In this document: piece by piece, positions 8,176-15,505 of the stretch
Position numbering within the stretch: the first letter of the stretch is position 1
Layout: each line of letters begins with the position of its first letter
From: Bacteroidales bacterium
GTDB taxonomy: Bacteria > Bacteroidota > Bacteroidia > Bacteroidales > VadinHA17
DNA: 35,516 nt
NCBI GenBank assembly: GCA_015486475.1
Contig: WFRO01000152.1
Coordinates: 1-35,516, forward strand
Direction: 5' to 3'
Notes under the pieces: model-generated
What the model saw: only the letters and a program-made list of their open reading frames with translations
Databases searched by the model: none
What the model was told of the DNA's origin: nothing
Made by a program: the position numbers and the translations under genes

Positions 8176-8268
8176 ATGCCAAGCGGAAAGAAGAGAAAAA
8201 GGCATAAGATGGCAACTCACAAGCGCAAAAAGCGCCTGAGGAAGAATCGCCATAAGAAGAAGAAATAA
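8176..8268 (+). CDS. 30-codon ultra-basic micro-ORF, candidate small ribosomal protein (bS22-like)
   Basis: Not in the ORF track (<60 aa). ATG 8176 to TAA 8266-8268 encodes MPSGKKRKRHKMATHKRKKRLRKNRHKKKK (18 K/R plus 3 H of 30). It starts 18 nt after the HU stop and a strong terminator follows it. KKRKRHKM..HKRKKRLRK resembles the mycobacterial bS22 core KKRRKRMSKKKHRKLLRR as I recall it. Confidence 0.55.
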   Translation: MPSGKKRKRHKMATHKRKKRLRKNRHKKKK

Positions 8269-8313
8269 CAGGAGGATAGATCCCCCTTCTGCCTGTATAA
8301 CAATGGTATATTC

Positions 8314-8360
8314 ATAATAACCCGGAGGAGTGCCCCCGGGTTATTATGATTTTTCGTTTT
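8314..8360 (+). terminator. Intrinsic terminator after the HU / micro-ORF unit
   Basis: ATAATAACCCGG (8314-8325) pairs with CCGGGTTATTAT (8336-8347). This 12-bp stem with a 10-nt loop is followed by GATTTTTCGTTTTT. Confidence 0.75.
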
Positions 8361-8390
8361 TCCTGATCAGGGGGCATCACCAAAAGGGTT

Positions 8391-9950
8391 TTGCGTGTGA
8401 GTTACGAGTTGGTCATTGATGCAACGGCCTCTGAGATTGATATTGCCTTACTCCGGGATAAAGCGCTTCTAGAGCTTTCCAGGGAAAAAAGTGATATTCA
8501 ATTTTCTGTAGGAGACATCTATCTGGGCAAGATCAAAAAGATCATGCCCGGGCTGAATGCTGCCTTTGTGGACATCGGCTTCAAGAAAGATGCTTTCCTG
8601 CACTACCTTGACCTGGGGCCCCAGTTCAATACCATGAAAGAGTACCTGTCGCTCGCGGTCAACCGCAAAGGCCGTATGCCGGCGGTACATCGTTTCAAAA
8701 AACTTCCCGACATTAAAAAGGACGGCAAAATGGCCGATGTGGTGAAGCCCGGCGACCCTGTGGTGGTACAGATCGTCAAGGAGCCTATCTCCACCAAAGG
8801 CCCCCGTCTCACATCCGAGGTATCCCTGGCGGGTCGCAACATGGTGCTGCTACCTTTCCATGACAAGGTATCGGTATCCTCCAAGATCGAATCCGCCGAA
8901 GAGAAGAACCGGCTGAAACAACTCCTTCAGAGCATCAAGCCCCAGAACTACGGGGTGATCATACGCACCGCCGCCCAGGGAAAAAGGGTGGCAGAGCTGG
9001 ATGCTGAGTTACGGGGATTGATCCGGAAATGGGAGACCGCCTTCCAGCGAATGAGAGGGGCCTCGCCGCCCAAACTGATGATCCGCGAGCTGGACCGTGT
9101 CTCGGTGATCCTGCGCGATCTGCTGGGGGTCTCCTTCAATGCCATCTGGGTCAACGACCCGCAGCTCCATCAGGAGATGCAGGAATATATACGCACCATC
9201 GCCCCCGAAAAAGAGAAGATCGTCAGGCTCTACAAAGGACGCCTGCCCATTTTTGAGCATTTCGGGATCAACAAACAGATCAAGAGTCTCTTTGGCCGTA
9301 CCGTATCTTTCAAGAACGGCGCTTATCTGATCATTGAGCATACCGAGGCTCTGCACGTCATCGACGTGAACAGTGGCAACCGCTCCAAAGCGGGAGACAC
9401 CCAGGAGACCAATGCCCTCGAGGTGAACCTGGCCGCCGCCGAAGCCGTGGCCCGGCAACTGCGCCTGCGCGACATGGGAGGGATCATCGTCGTCGACTTC
9501 ATCGATATGACCGCCGCCGAACACCGGCAGATGGTGTATGAAAAGATGAAAGAGGCGATGGCGGAGGACCGCACAAAACACAATATCCTTCCCCTGAGCA
9601 AGTTCGGACTGATGCAGATCACCCGTCAGCGGGTGCGGCCCGTACTGGACATCAAAACCGAAGAGGTATGCCCCGTATGTCAGGGCACCGGTAAGATCGG
9701 TCCCAGCATCCAGCTCACGGAGAACATCGAGAGCCGCCTCAAAGAGATCCAGGAAAAGCACCACTTCCCCGCGGTCACCCTGCGTGTACATCCTTTCGTC
9801 GAGGCATACATCAACAAGGGGCTCCTCAACTCACTGCGCCGTCAGTGGAGCAAGAAATACAAATGCAAGCTCACCGTGCAGCCTCTCACCTCGCTCGCCT
9901 TCCTCGAGTACCGTTTCTTCGATCCCTACGGCGACGAGATCATTGACTGA
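8391..9950 (+). CDS. rng: Ribonuclease G/E family (Rne/Rng)
   Basis: 519 aa. Shows an S1 domain (VGDIYLGKIKKIMPGLNAAFVDIG), the catalytic core (HVIDVNSG, GIIVVDFIDM) and a Zn-link CPVCQGTGKI. The start is uncertain: TTG 8391 or GTG 8397. Confidence 0.9.
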   Translation: MRVSYELVIDATASEIDIALLRDKALLELSREKSDIQFSVGDIYLGKIKKIMPGLNAAFVDIGFKKDAFLHYLDLGPQFNTMKEYLSLAVNRKGRMPAVHRFKKLPDIKKDGKMADVVKPGDPVVVQIVKEPISTKGPRLTSEVSLAGRNMVLLPFHDKVSVSSKIESAEEKNRLKQLLQSIKPQNYGVIIRTAAQGKRVAELDAELRGLIRKWETAFQRMRGASPPKLMIRELDRVSVILRDLLGVSFNAIWVNDPQLHQEMQEYIRTIAPEKEKIVRLYKGRLPIFEHFGINKQIKSLFGRTVSFKNGAYLIIEHTEALHVIDVNSGNRSKAGDTQETNALEVNLAAAEAVARQLRLRDMGGIIVVDFIDMTAAEHRQMVYEKMKEAMAEDRTKHNILPLSKFGLMQITRQRVRPVLDIKTEEVCPVCQGTGKIGPSIQLTENIESRLKEIQEKHHFPAVTLRVHPFVEAYINKGLLNSLRRQWSKKYKCKLTVQPLTSLAFLEYRFFDPYGDEIID

Positions 9951-9958
9951 ATAAGTTT

Positions 9959-10016
9959 GTAGTATCGAGTTGCGAGTATCGGGTTATTCGCTTCATCCCA
10001 TCATCACTTCATCGGT
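9959..10016. repeat. Degenerate heptanucleotide-register repeat array
   Basis: GTAGTAT CGAGTTG CGAGTAT CGGGTTA TTCGCTT CATCCCA TCATCAC TTCATCG. AGTATCGAGTT and AGTATCGGGTT are 14 nt apart. CTTCATC occurs twice (16 nt apart, so the register is looser in the second half). Confidence 0.6.
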
Positions 10017-10083
10017 ATTAACTTCTTTTTTAATCCTTAATTCCATTACCATTTGACATCTATCTTGCGGGAATGTCAGGTTT

Positions 10084-10116
10084 TTGTATTTTTACGGACT
10101 ATTTATAAAAATACAA
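10084..10116 (+). promoter_or_regulatory. AT-rich 11-bp inverted repeat upstream of dsbD (possible operator or 5' leader hairpin)
   Basis: TTGTATTTTTA (10084-10094) and TAAAAATACAA (10106-10116) are perfect reverse complements separated by 11 nt. The right arm ends 26 nt before the dsbD ATG. Confidence 0.3.
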
Positions 10117-10142
10117 TTTCCTAACCGCAAAAGGATGAAGAT

Positions 10143-12236
10143 ATGAGAAAGGTGATGCTGCTGATCAGTGCGTTTTTCTGGTTCGGAATATCCCAGGCCC
10201 AGATGGTCAATCCCGTACACTGGAGTTTCAAGGCCGACATGATATCCAAAAAGGAGGCGGTCCTGACCTTCACCGCTGATATCGAAGACAAGTTCCATCT
10301 TTATTCACAGAATATCCCGGACGGCGGTCCCATCCCCACCTCTTTCAGTTTCGATCCATCGGATGCTTACGCACTGGACGGGAAGGTGGAGGAGGTCTCC
10401 GAAGGGGATACCCTGTTTGACAAGAGCTTCAACATGAAACTGAAGGTTTTCAGCAACCAGGCCATCTTCAAACAAAAGATCAAATTGCTGAAAGAAGGTC
10501 CTGTAAAGGTGACCGGCACCCTGGAGTTCATGTCTTGTGATGACTCGCGTTGCATCCCGCCGCAGGAGGTGGATTTCTCTTTTGATCTCAGCGGCAGCCA
10601 GGCCACCCCTGCAAAAAAAACCGAAGCCCCACCCACGGAACAAAAGAAAACCGGCACCGGCACAGAAGAGGCTGGTCCGCAGGGCCAGTTGAACCTGCAC
10701 GTACAGCCCACAGCTATAGCTCCCGCCGCACAGGAGACCGGCACTGCGTCCACGGCGGCTCCGGCAGAAAAGAAAAGTCAGAAGTCGATGCTGGTCTTCT
10801 TCCTGCTGTCGTTGCTGGCAGGTTTGGCAGGCACCCTCACTCCCTGTGTCTTCCCCATGATCCCGATGACCATCGCCTTTTTCTCCCGCAACAGCGGCAA
10901 CCGGGGCCGGGCCATCCTGCAGGCCCTGATCTTCGGCATCTCGATCATGCTGATCTACACCTCCGTGGGGCTCATTGTCTCGCTCACGAGCGCCGGTGCC
11001 AACCTGGGGACGGTGCTGAGCACCCACTGGATCCCCAATCTGATCTTTTTCGTCCTCTTCCTGATCTTCGCCGCCGCCTTCCTCGGCATGTTCGAGATGG
11101 TGCTGCCCAACAGCCTCATCACCAAGGCTGACCAGCAGGTGGACAAAGGAGGCATGCTGGCAGCGTTCTTCATGGGTCTCACTACGGTGCTGGTCTCTTT
11201 CAGTTGTACAGGCCCCCTGGTGGGGGCCCTGCTGGTGGAAGCCTCCACCGGCGAGGTGATCAAGCCCACCATAGGCATGCTGGGCTTCGGCGTGGGCTTC
11301 GGCCTGCCCTTCACGCTGCTGGCCATCTTCCCCTCCTGGCTCAAAGGACTGCCCAAATCGGGCGGATGGCTCAACTCGGTGGAGGTGGTGCTGGGCCTGC
11401 TCGTGCTGGCACTCTCGCTGAAGTACCTCTCGAATATCGACCAGACCTATTCACTTCATCTTATGAGCCGTGAGCTCTACCTGTCCATCTGGATCGTGAT
11501 CTTCTCGATCATGGGCTTTTACCTGCTGGGCAAGATCAAGTTCAAGAAAGACAGTGACCTGCCTTATGTCGGGTTCCCGCGGCTGGTGACGGTGATCGTC
11601 ATATTCTCTTTCGTGGTATATCTCATCCCCGGCCTCTTCGGAGCCCCGCTGAAGTCCATTTCAGGCCTCCTGCCGCCGATGAGCTCCCAGTCTTTCACCC
11701 TCTCCGCCGCCCCGGCTGCAGTGCAGGCAACCACAGAGAACACGGTCCCGGCAGGATTGTGTGACACACCCAAATATGCCGATAAGCTGGAATCGCCTCC
11801 CGGCATCCCGGTTTATTTTGAATACAAACAGGCGCTGGCCTGTGCCCGCAAACAGCACAAACCGCTCCTGCTGGATTTTGTCGGACATGCCTGCAGTAAC
11901 TGCAAGGAGATGGAAACCAATGTATTCACTGATCCTGAAGTGATCAGGACCCTGCGCAACGACTTCGTCATCGCCAAGCTGTATGTGGACGACCGTACCA
12001 AACTGCCCGAAAGTGACTGGGTCACCTCCCCCGTGGACGGTAAAGTGAAAAAGAAGATGGGGCAGGTGAACGCCGACCTGCAGATCGCTCGGTTCAAGAC
12101 CAACACACAACCATATTACGTCATCCTCGATGAAAATGAGAAGATGATCTCCGATCCTCTGGGACATACCCTCGACATCCGGAAGTTCCTGGATTTCCTC
12201 GCCCAGGGGAAAAAAGCTTTTGAAGAAGGGAAATAG
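10143..12236 (+). CDS. dsbD: Protein-disulfide reductase DsbD family (thiol:disulfide interchange protein)
   Basis: 697 aa. Domains in order: signal peptide; DsbD-alpha-like N-domain with SCDDSRC; a low-complexity linker; a multi-TM core with LTPCVFPMIP and SFSCTGPLVG; and a C-terminal thioredoxin fold with FVGHACSNCK (CxxC). Confidence 0.9.
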   Translation: MRKVMLLISAFFWFGISQAQMVNPVHWSFKADMISKKEAVLTFTADIEDKFHLYSQNIPDGGPIPTSFSFDPSDAYALDGKVEEVSEGDTLFDKSFNMKLKVFSNQAIFKQKIKLLKEGPVKVTGTLEFMSCDDSRCIPPQEVDFSFDLSGSQATPAKKTEAPPTEQKKTGTGTEEAGPQGQLNLHVQPTAIAPAAQETGTASTAAPAEKKSQKSMLVFFLLSLLAGLAGTLTPCVFPMIPMTIAFFSRNSGNRGRAILQALIFGISIMLIYTSVGLIVSLTSAGANLGTVLSTHWIPNLIFFVLFLIFAAAFLGMFEMVLPNSLITKADQQVDKGGMLAAFFMGLTTVLVSFSCTGPLVGALLVEASTGEVIKPTIGMLGFGVGFGLPFTLLAIFPSWLKGLPKSGGWLNSVEVVLGLLVLALSLKYLSNIDQTYSLHLMSRELYLSIWIVIFSIMGFYLLGKIKFKKDSDLPYVGFPRLVTVIVIFSFVVYLIPGLFGAPLKSISGLLPPMSSQSFTLSAAPAAVQATTENTVPAGLCDTPKYADKLESPPGIPVYFEYKQALACARKQHKPLLLDFVGHACSNCKEMETNVFTDPEVIRTLRNDFVIAKLYVDDRTKLPESDWVTSPVDGKVKKKMGQVNADLQIARFKTNTQPYYVILDENEKMISDPLGHTLDIRKFLDFLAQGKKAFEEGK

Positions 12237-12255
12237 CAGTACAGCACAATATCAC

Positions 12256-12287
12256 AAAAAACTCCGGCCATTGCCGGAGTTTTTTTT
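12256..12287. terminator. Bidirectional intrinsic terminator (dsbD / hisS convergent)
   Basis: AAAAA-ACTCCGGC-CATT-GCCGGAGT-TTTTTTT. A 9-bp stem carries A and T tracts on either side. The T-tract overlaps the hisS stop codon (12286-12288). Confidence 0.85.
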
Positions 12288-13665
12288 ATTTCTTCAGAAC
12301 ATCCCGGATCTTTCCGGCCAATTCTGCGAACGGGATCTTTTCCTGATCCCCCGTGGTCATATCTTTCACTGTGGCGGTCTGTCCCTGTAGCTCATTCTTC
12401 CCCACCAGCACCACCAGCGGGATCCTGTTTTGGTTGGCATAGCTCATCTGCTTTTTGATCTTTGCCGCATCGGGATACAGCTCCGTAGCCACGCCTGCAC
12501 GCCTCAGCTCACGTACCAGCGGCAGCACGCCGCTCACCTCCTCCGCTCCGAAATTGAGGAACAGCACTTCCGTGTTCCGTTCACTCTCCTCAGAGAACTT
12601 TCCGGTGTTGAGCATCACATCGTAGATGCGGTCGGCGCCGAAAGAAACCCCCACACCGGAGACGCCCGGCATGCCGAAGATGCCGGTAAGGTCGTCATAG
12701 CGTCCTCCCCCGCAGATGCTGCCGATCTCCCACTCTGCAGCCGTCACTTCGAAGATGGTACCGGTATAATAGTCGAGACCGCGCGCCAGCGTCAGGTCAA
12801 ACAGATACTTTTCCCGGATACCGGCTTCCTGCAGGTATGCGAAGAGCTCTTCTGCCTCCTGAAGACCTTCCAGTCCTGTTTCCGACGAGGCCAGTATCCC
12901 CCTGAGGAAATCCATCTTCTCCCCGTCACTCCCCTCAAAGAGCAGCACCGGTTTCAGCCTCTCCAGGGCCTCTTCCGGTATCTCCCGCTGCCGCATCTCC
13001 TCCAGGACCCCGTCGAGCCCGATCTTCGCCAGTTTGTCGATGGCAATGGTCACCTCCTTCATCTTCTCCGGCACGCTCATAGCTTCGGCGATCCCTGCCA
13101 GGATCTTCCGGTTGTTTAGATGGATCTCCACCGGCACCCCGAGGAGCGAGAAGACCTCATCTATGATCATCACCAGCTCAGCCTCATTGAGCAGGGATGT
13201 ACTGCCGATGACATCCACGTCGCATTGGTAGAACTCGCGGTAACGGCCTTTCTGCGGCCTGTCGGCACGCCACACCGGCTGGATCTGATATCTTTTGAAA
13301 GGGAAGGTGATCTCGTTGCGGTGTTGCACCACAAAGCGTGCAAAAGGCACCGTCAGGTCATAACGGAGCCCTTTTTCGGAGATCTTCAGCGCCAGCTCAC
13401 GGGCATCCATGGTGGTCAGCTGCTCCCGGTCCACGCCCCGGAGGAAATCCCCCGAGTTAAGGATGCGGAAGAGCAGTCGGTCGCCCTCCTCGCCATACTT
13501 GCCCAGCAGGGTGGTGAGGTTCTCCATGGCCGGTGTCTCCAGTGGTTGATAGCCGTATTGCCGGAAAACCTGCTCAATGGTCCGGAAAATATGGTTGCGG
13601 CGCATCATCTCCCGCGGGGAGAAATCACGCGTGCCCTTGGGAATGGTCGGTTTCTGTGTTGCCAT
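12286..13665 (-). CDS. hisS: Histidine--tRNA ligase
   Basis: 459 aa. PKGTRDFSP, class II aaRS motifs (YQIQPVWRADRPQKGRYREFYQCDVD, GGGRYDDL) and a C-terminal anticodon-binding domain. Confidence 0.95.
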   Translation of the reverse strand: MATQKPTIPKGTRDFSPREMMRRNHIFRTIEQVFRQYGYQPLETPAMENLTTLLGKYGEEGDRLLFRILNSGDFLRGVDREQLTTMDARELALKISEKGLRYDLTVPFARFVVQHRNEITFPFKRYQIQPVWRADRPQKGRYREFYQCDVDVIGSTSLLNEAELVMIIDEVFSLLGVPVEIHLNNRKILAGIAEAMSVPEKMKEVTIAIDKLAKIGLDGVLEEMRQREIPEEALERLKPVLLFEGSDGEKMDFLRGILASSETGLEGLQEAEELFAYLQEAGIREKYLFDLTLARGLDYYTGTIFEVTAAEWEIGSICGGGRYDDLTGIFGMPGVSGVGVSFGADRIYDVMLNTGKFSEESERNTEVLFLNFGAEEVSGVLPLVRELRRAGVATELYPDAAKIKKQMSYANQNRIPLVVLVGKNELQGQTATVKDMTTGDQEKIPFAELAGKIRDVLKK

Positions 13666-13688
13666 AATGATCTTTTTTCCTCAGGGCA

Positions 13689-13696
13689 CAAAGATA
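13689..13696 (-). promoter_or_regulatory. Candidate -7 promoter box for hisS (TATCTTTG on minus strand)
   Basis: Plus-strand CAAAGATA is TATCTTTG on the minus strand, which matches TAnnTTTG. It lies 23 nt upstream of the hisS ATG, in the 72-nt spacer after the preceding gene. Confidence 0.4.
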
Positions 13697-13737
13697 ATCC
13701 CAAAATCTTCAAAAAAAACCGCTCTCCGTGAAAAGGA

Positions 13738-14592
13738 TCAGAACTTGGCCAGCCGCTTCAGATCAGAGGACAGCAGACCGTCGGGTTTCTTTTTGGAGAG
13801 CAGGTGGTAACTGAAATAGTAAAGCGTGCCGTCAGGGCCCAGGATCATCTTGTAAACACGGCCTTCGTCGGAGGTGCCGGAAGGCCCCACTTTAAAAAGA
13901 AATGCCATCTTCTCATCCGGCGATCCGGCCAGCGCCTTATCGATCTCATCCTCCGTCACCACCCGGAAAGCATGGGGATAGATCGCCTTGATCTTTTCGG
14001 GTGTATCCACTTCGGGGGAGAGGTCTTTTTTGGCCAGCCAGAGCTCTTTGTCCGCAAGCAACTGCATGTTGACATTGTAATACTTCAGATAACGATACTT
14101 CATCGAGATATTGCCAGGGTGTTCCAGAATATTACCGACATGTTTCTGGATAAAAAGAAGGATCACGGGGAGCTTTGCAACATAAGTGTCATCTTCAGAG
14201 CCGGAATAGGCCAGGGGGAAGGAACAGAACTCCGGTAGTTTCGAAAGGTTGTTCACCGGATCGCCCAGCAGGAGGTTCAGAAAATCATAATTGACCCCCG
14301 CCCGGTCTTTCTCGAAAGCCGTCGATGTCAGCATCAGAAAGGAATAGGCAGGATCTTTCTTGTGCTTGCGGAATTCTTCATAGCTGACGAACTCATAAGG
14401 CGTGATCGTCCATGTCTTTTTTACAGCATCCTTGATGGCGGCATTGTAAATAGAGAAGAGATCGTCCTCCAGCACCACCAGGGTTTTGGAAGTTTTAAAG
14501 GCCTTCATCTGTTCATCCGTGGGAAAAGGTCCCTGGCCGAACAGAGCCGGCGCCAGGGCCGTCAGCAGCAGAAAGAAAAGTGATCGTTTCAT
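13738..14592 (-). CDS. Uncharacterised secreted protein
   Basis: 284 aa with signal peptide MKRSLFFLLLTALAPALFGQ. I recognise no family motif. Coding is supported by length, codon usage like its neighbours, and packing between hisS and the next ORF. Confidence 0.7.
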   Translation of the reverse strand: MKRSLFFLLLTALAPALFGQGPFPTDEQMKAFKTSKTLVVLEDDLFSIYNAAIKDAVKKTWTITPYEFVSYEEFRKHKKDPAYSFLMLTSTAFEKDRAGVNYDFLNLLLGDPVNNLSKLPEFCSFPLAYSGSEDDTYVAKLPVILLFIQKHVGNILEHPGNISMKYRYLKYYNVNMQLLADKELWLAKKDLSPEVDTPEKIKAIYPHAFRVVTEDEIDKALAGSPDEKMAFLFKVGPSGTSDEGRVYKMILGPDGTLYYFSYHLLSKKKPDGLLSSDLKRLAKF

Positions 14593-14600
14593 GGTATTCA

Positions 14601-14670
14601 GGTTATGGTTCAGAGTTCACAGTTCACAGTTCACAGTTCGTCGGTCATCCTTCGTCATTCGCCATTCCTC
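14601..14670. repeat. Heptanucleotide tandem array, core (GTTCACA)x3 with degenerate flanking units
   Basis: GGTTATG GTTCAGA GTTCACA GTTCACA GTTCACA GTTCGTC GGTCATC CTTCGTC ATTCGCC ATTCCTC, 10 units in one register. It fills the spacer between the ATG at 14592 and the stop at 14655-14657 and runs into the last 4 codons of the upstream ORF. Confidence 0.85.
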
Positions 14671-15368
14671 ACGGGCAGATACACCGGGTTACGTTCGTTG
14701 AATTTACGGATATACATAAACCGCATCTGTTTCTTTTTGGAGGGGCCCAGGCGGGCATACTCATCATACAGCTCCGGATCACGCATCAGTGCCACCTCCA
14801 CGCTGTGAACGTTATATTCCATGATCTTCCCCGTCTCAAAATCGAGAATGAACTGCCGCATCTCGGTACGCTCGGTAGAGGTGGTCTGATACGTGGGCGG
14901 ATAGTAATAGGAATAAGCCGGATAATAATACCGGTTGTAAGGATCATAATAACGCGTATCCACCACGGTGCGTGCCCCCACAAAATGACAGATCCCCCCC
15001 ACGATGGTAATGCGGTTGAAGTTACCGTCCACCTGAACGTACAGGATGCCATTGCGGGAGTATCCCCAGATATTTTCCTTTTTCACCTGGTGACGGTATC
15101 CCTTATCATCGTAATAGGTTACGATCTGGTGCGAGAGCACCTTGTCATAAAAAGCCTGGTCGTTCAGGGGCACGATAGTAACAATATAGGCTTTGGGAAT
15201 AGGATCGTTCTCTTTCACCTGGTCAAAAGAAAGAAAGATCCCGTCCTTGAAACGGAAGTCACGGTTCAGTTTCTCAGTCTTCACCGTATCAGTTTGGGCG
15301 CTGGCAGGGAGAAACCCCGCTACCATCCATAACATCAGGACCCGTAATAAATTTTTCACCCGCATCAT
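14655..15368 (-). CDS. Uncharacterised secreted protein with a tyrosine-rich segment
   Basis: 237 aa with signal peptide MMRVKNLLRVLMLWMVAGFLPASAQ. An internal segment RYYDPYNRYYYPAYSYYYPPTY has 11 Tyr in 22 residues. I recognise no family. Confidence 0.7.
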   Translation of the reverse strand: MMRVKNLLRVLMLWMVAGFLPASAQTDTVKTEKLNRDFRFKDGIFLSFDQVKENDPIPKAYIVTIVPLNDQAFYDKVLSHQIVTYYDDKGYRHQVKKENIWGYSRNGILYVQVDGNFNRITIVGGICHFVGARTVVDTRYYDPYNRYYYPAYSYYYPPTYQTTSTERTEMRQFILDFETGKIMEYNVHSVEVALMRDPELYDEYARLGPSKKKQMRFMYIRKFNERNPVYLPVRNGE

Positions 15369-15505
15369 TTCTCCAATTTTCTATAGCGCTAAGACGGTTT
15401 AAAGTAACATTTTTTCTTCAAAAATCGAACAAATTTCATACCTTACCGTAAAATTTGATGTATTTTTATCACTTTGATCACACAGGTAACCGATAACCGG
15501 AAAGT

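Noticed and set aside
7858-8253. 131-aa minus-strand ORF spanning the HU gene and the micro-ORF.
   Set aside because: It is antisense to an unmistakable HU gene and has no motifs. The plus-strand reading explains the region.
15440-15475. Near-matches to the -7 promoter box upstream of the hybrid kinase (TAAAATTTG, TCACTTTG).
   Set aside because: Neither is an exact TAnnTTTG (one has wrong spacing, the other a wrong first dinucleotide), and the kinase start codon itself (TTG) is uncertain. This is too weak to annotate.
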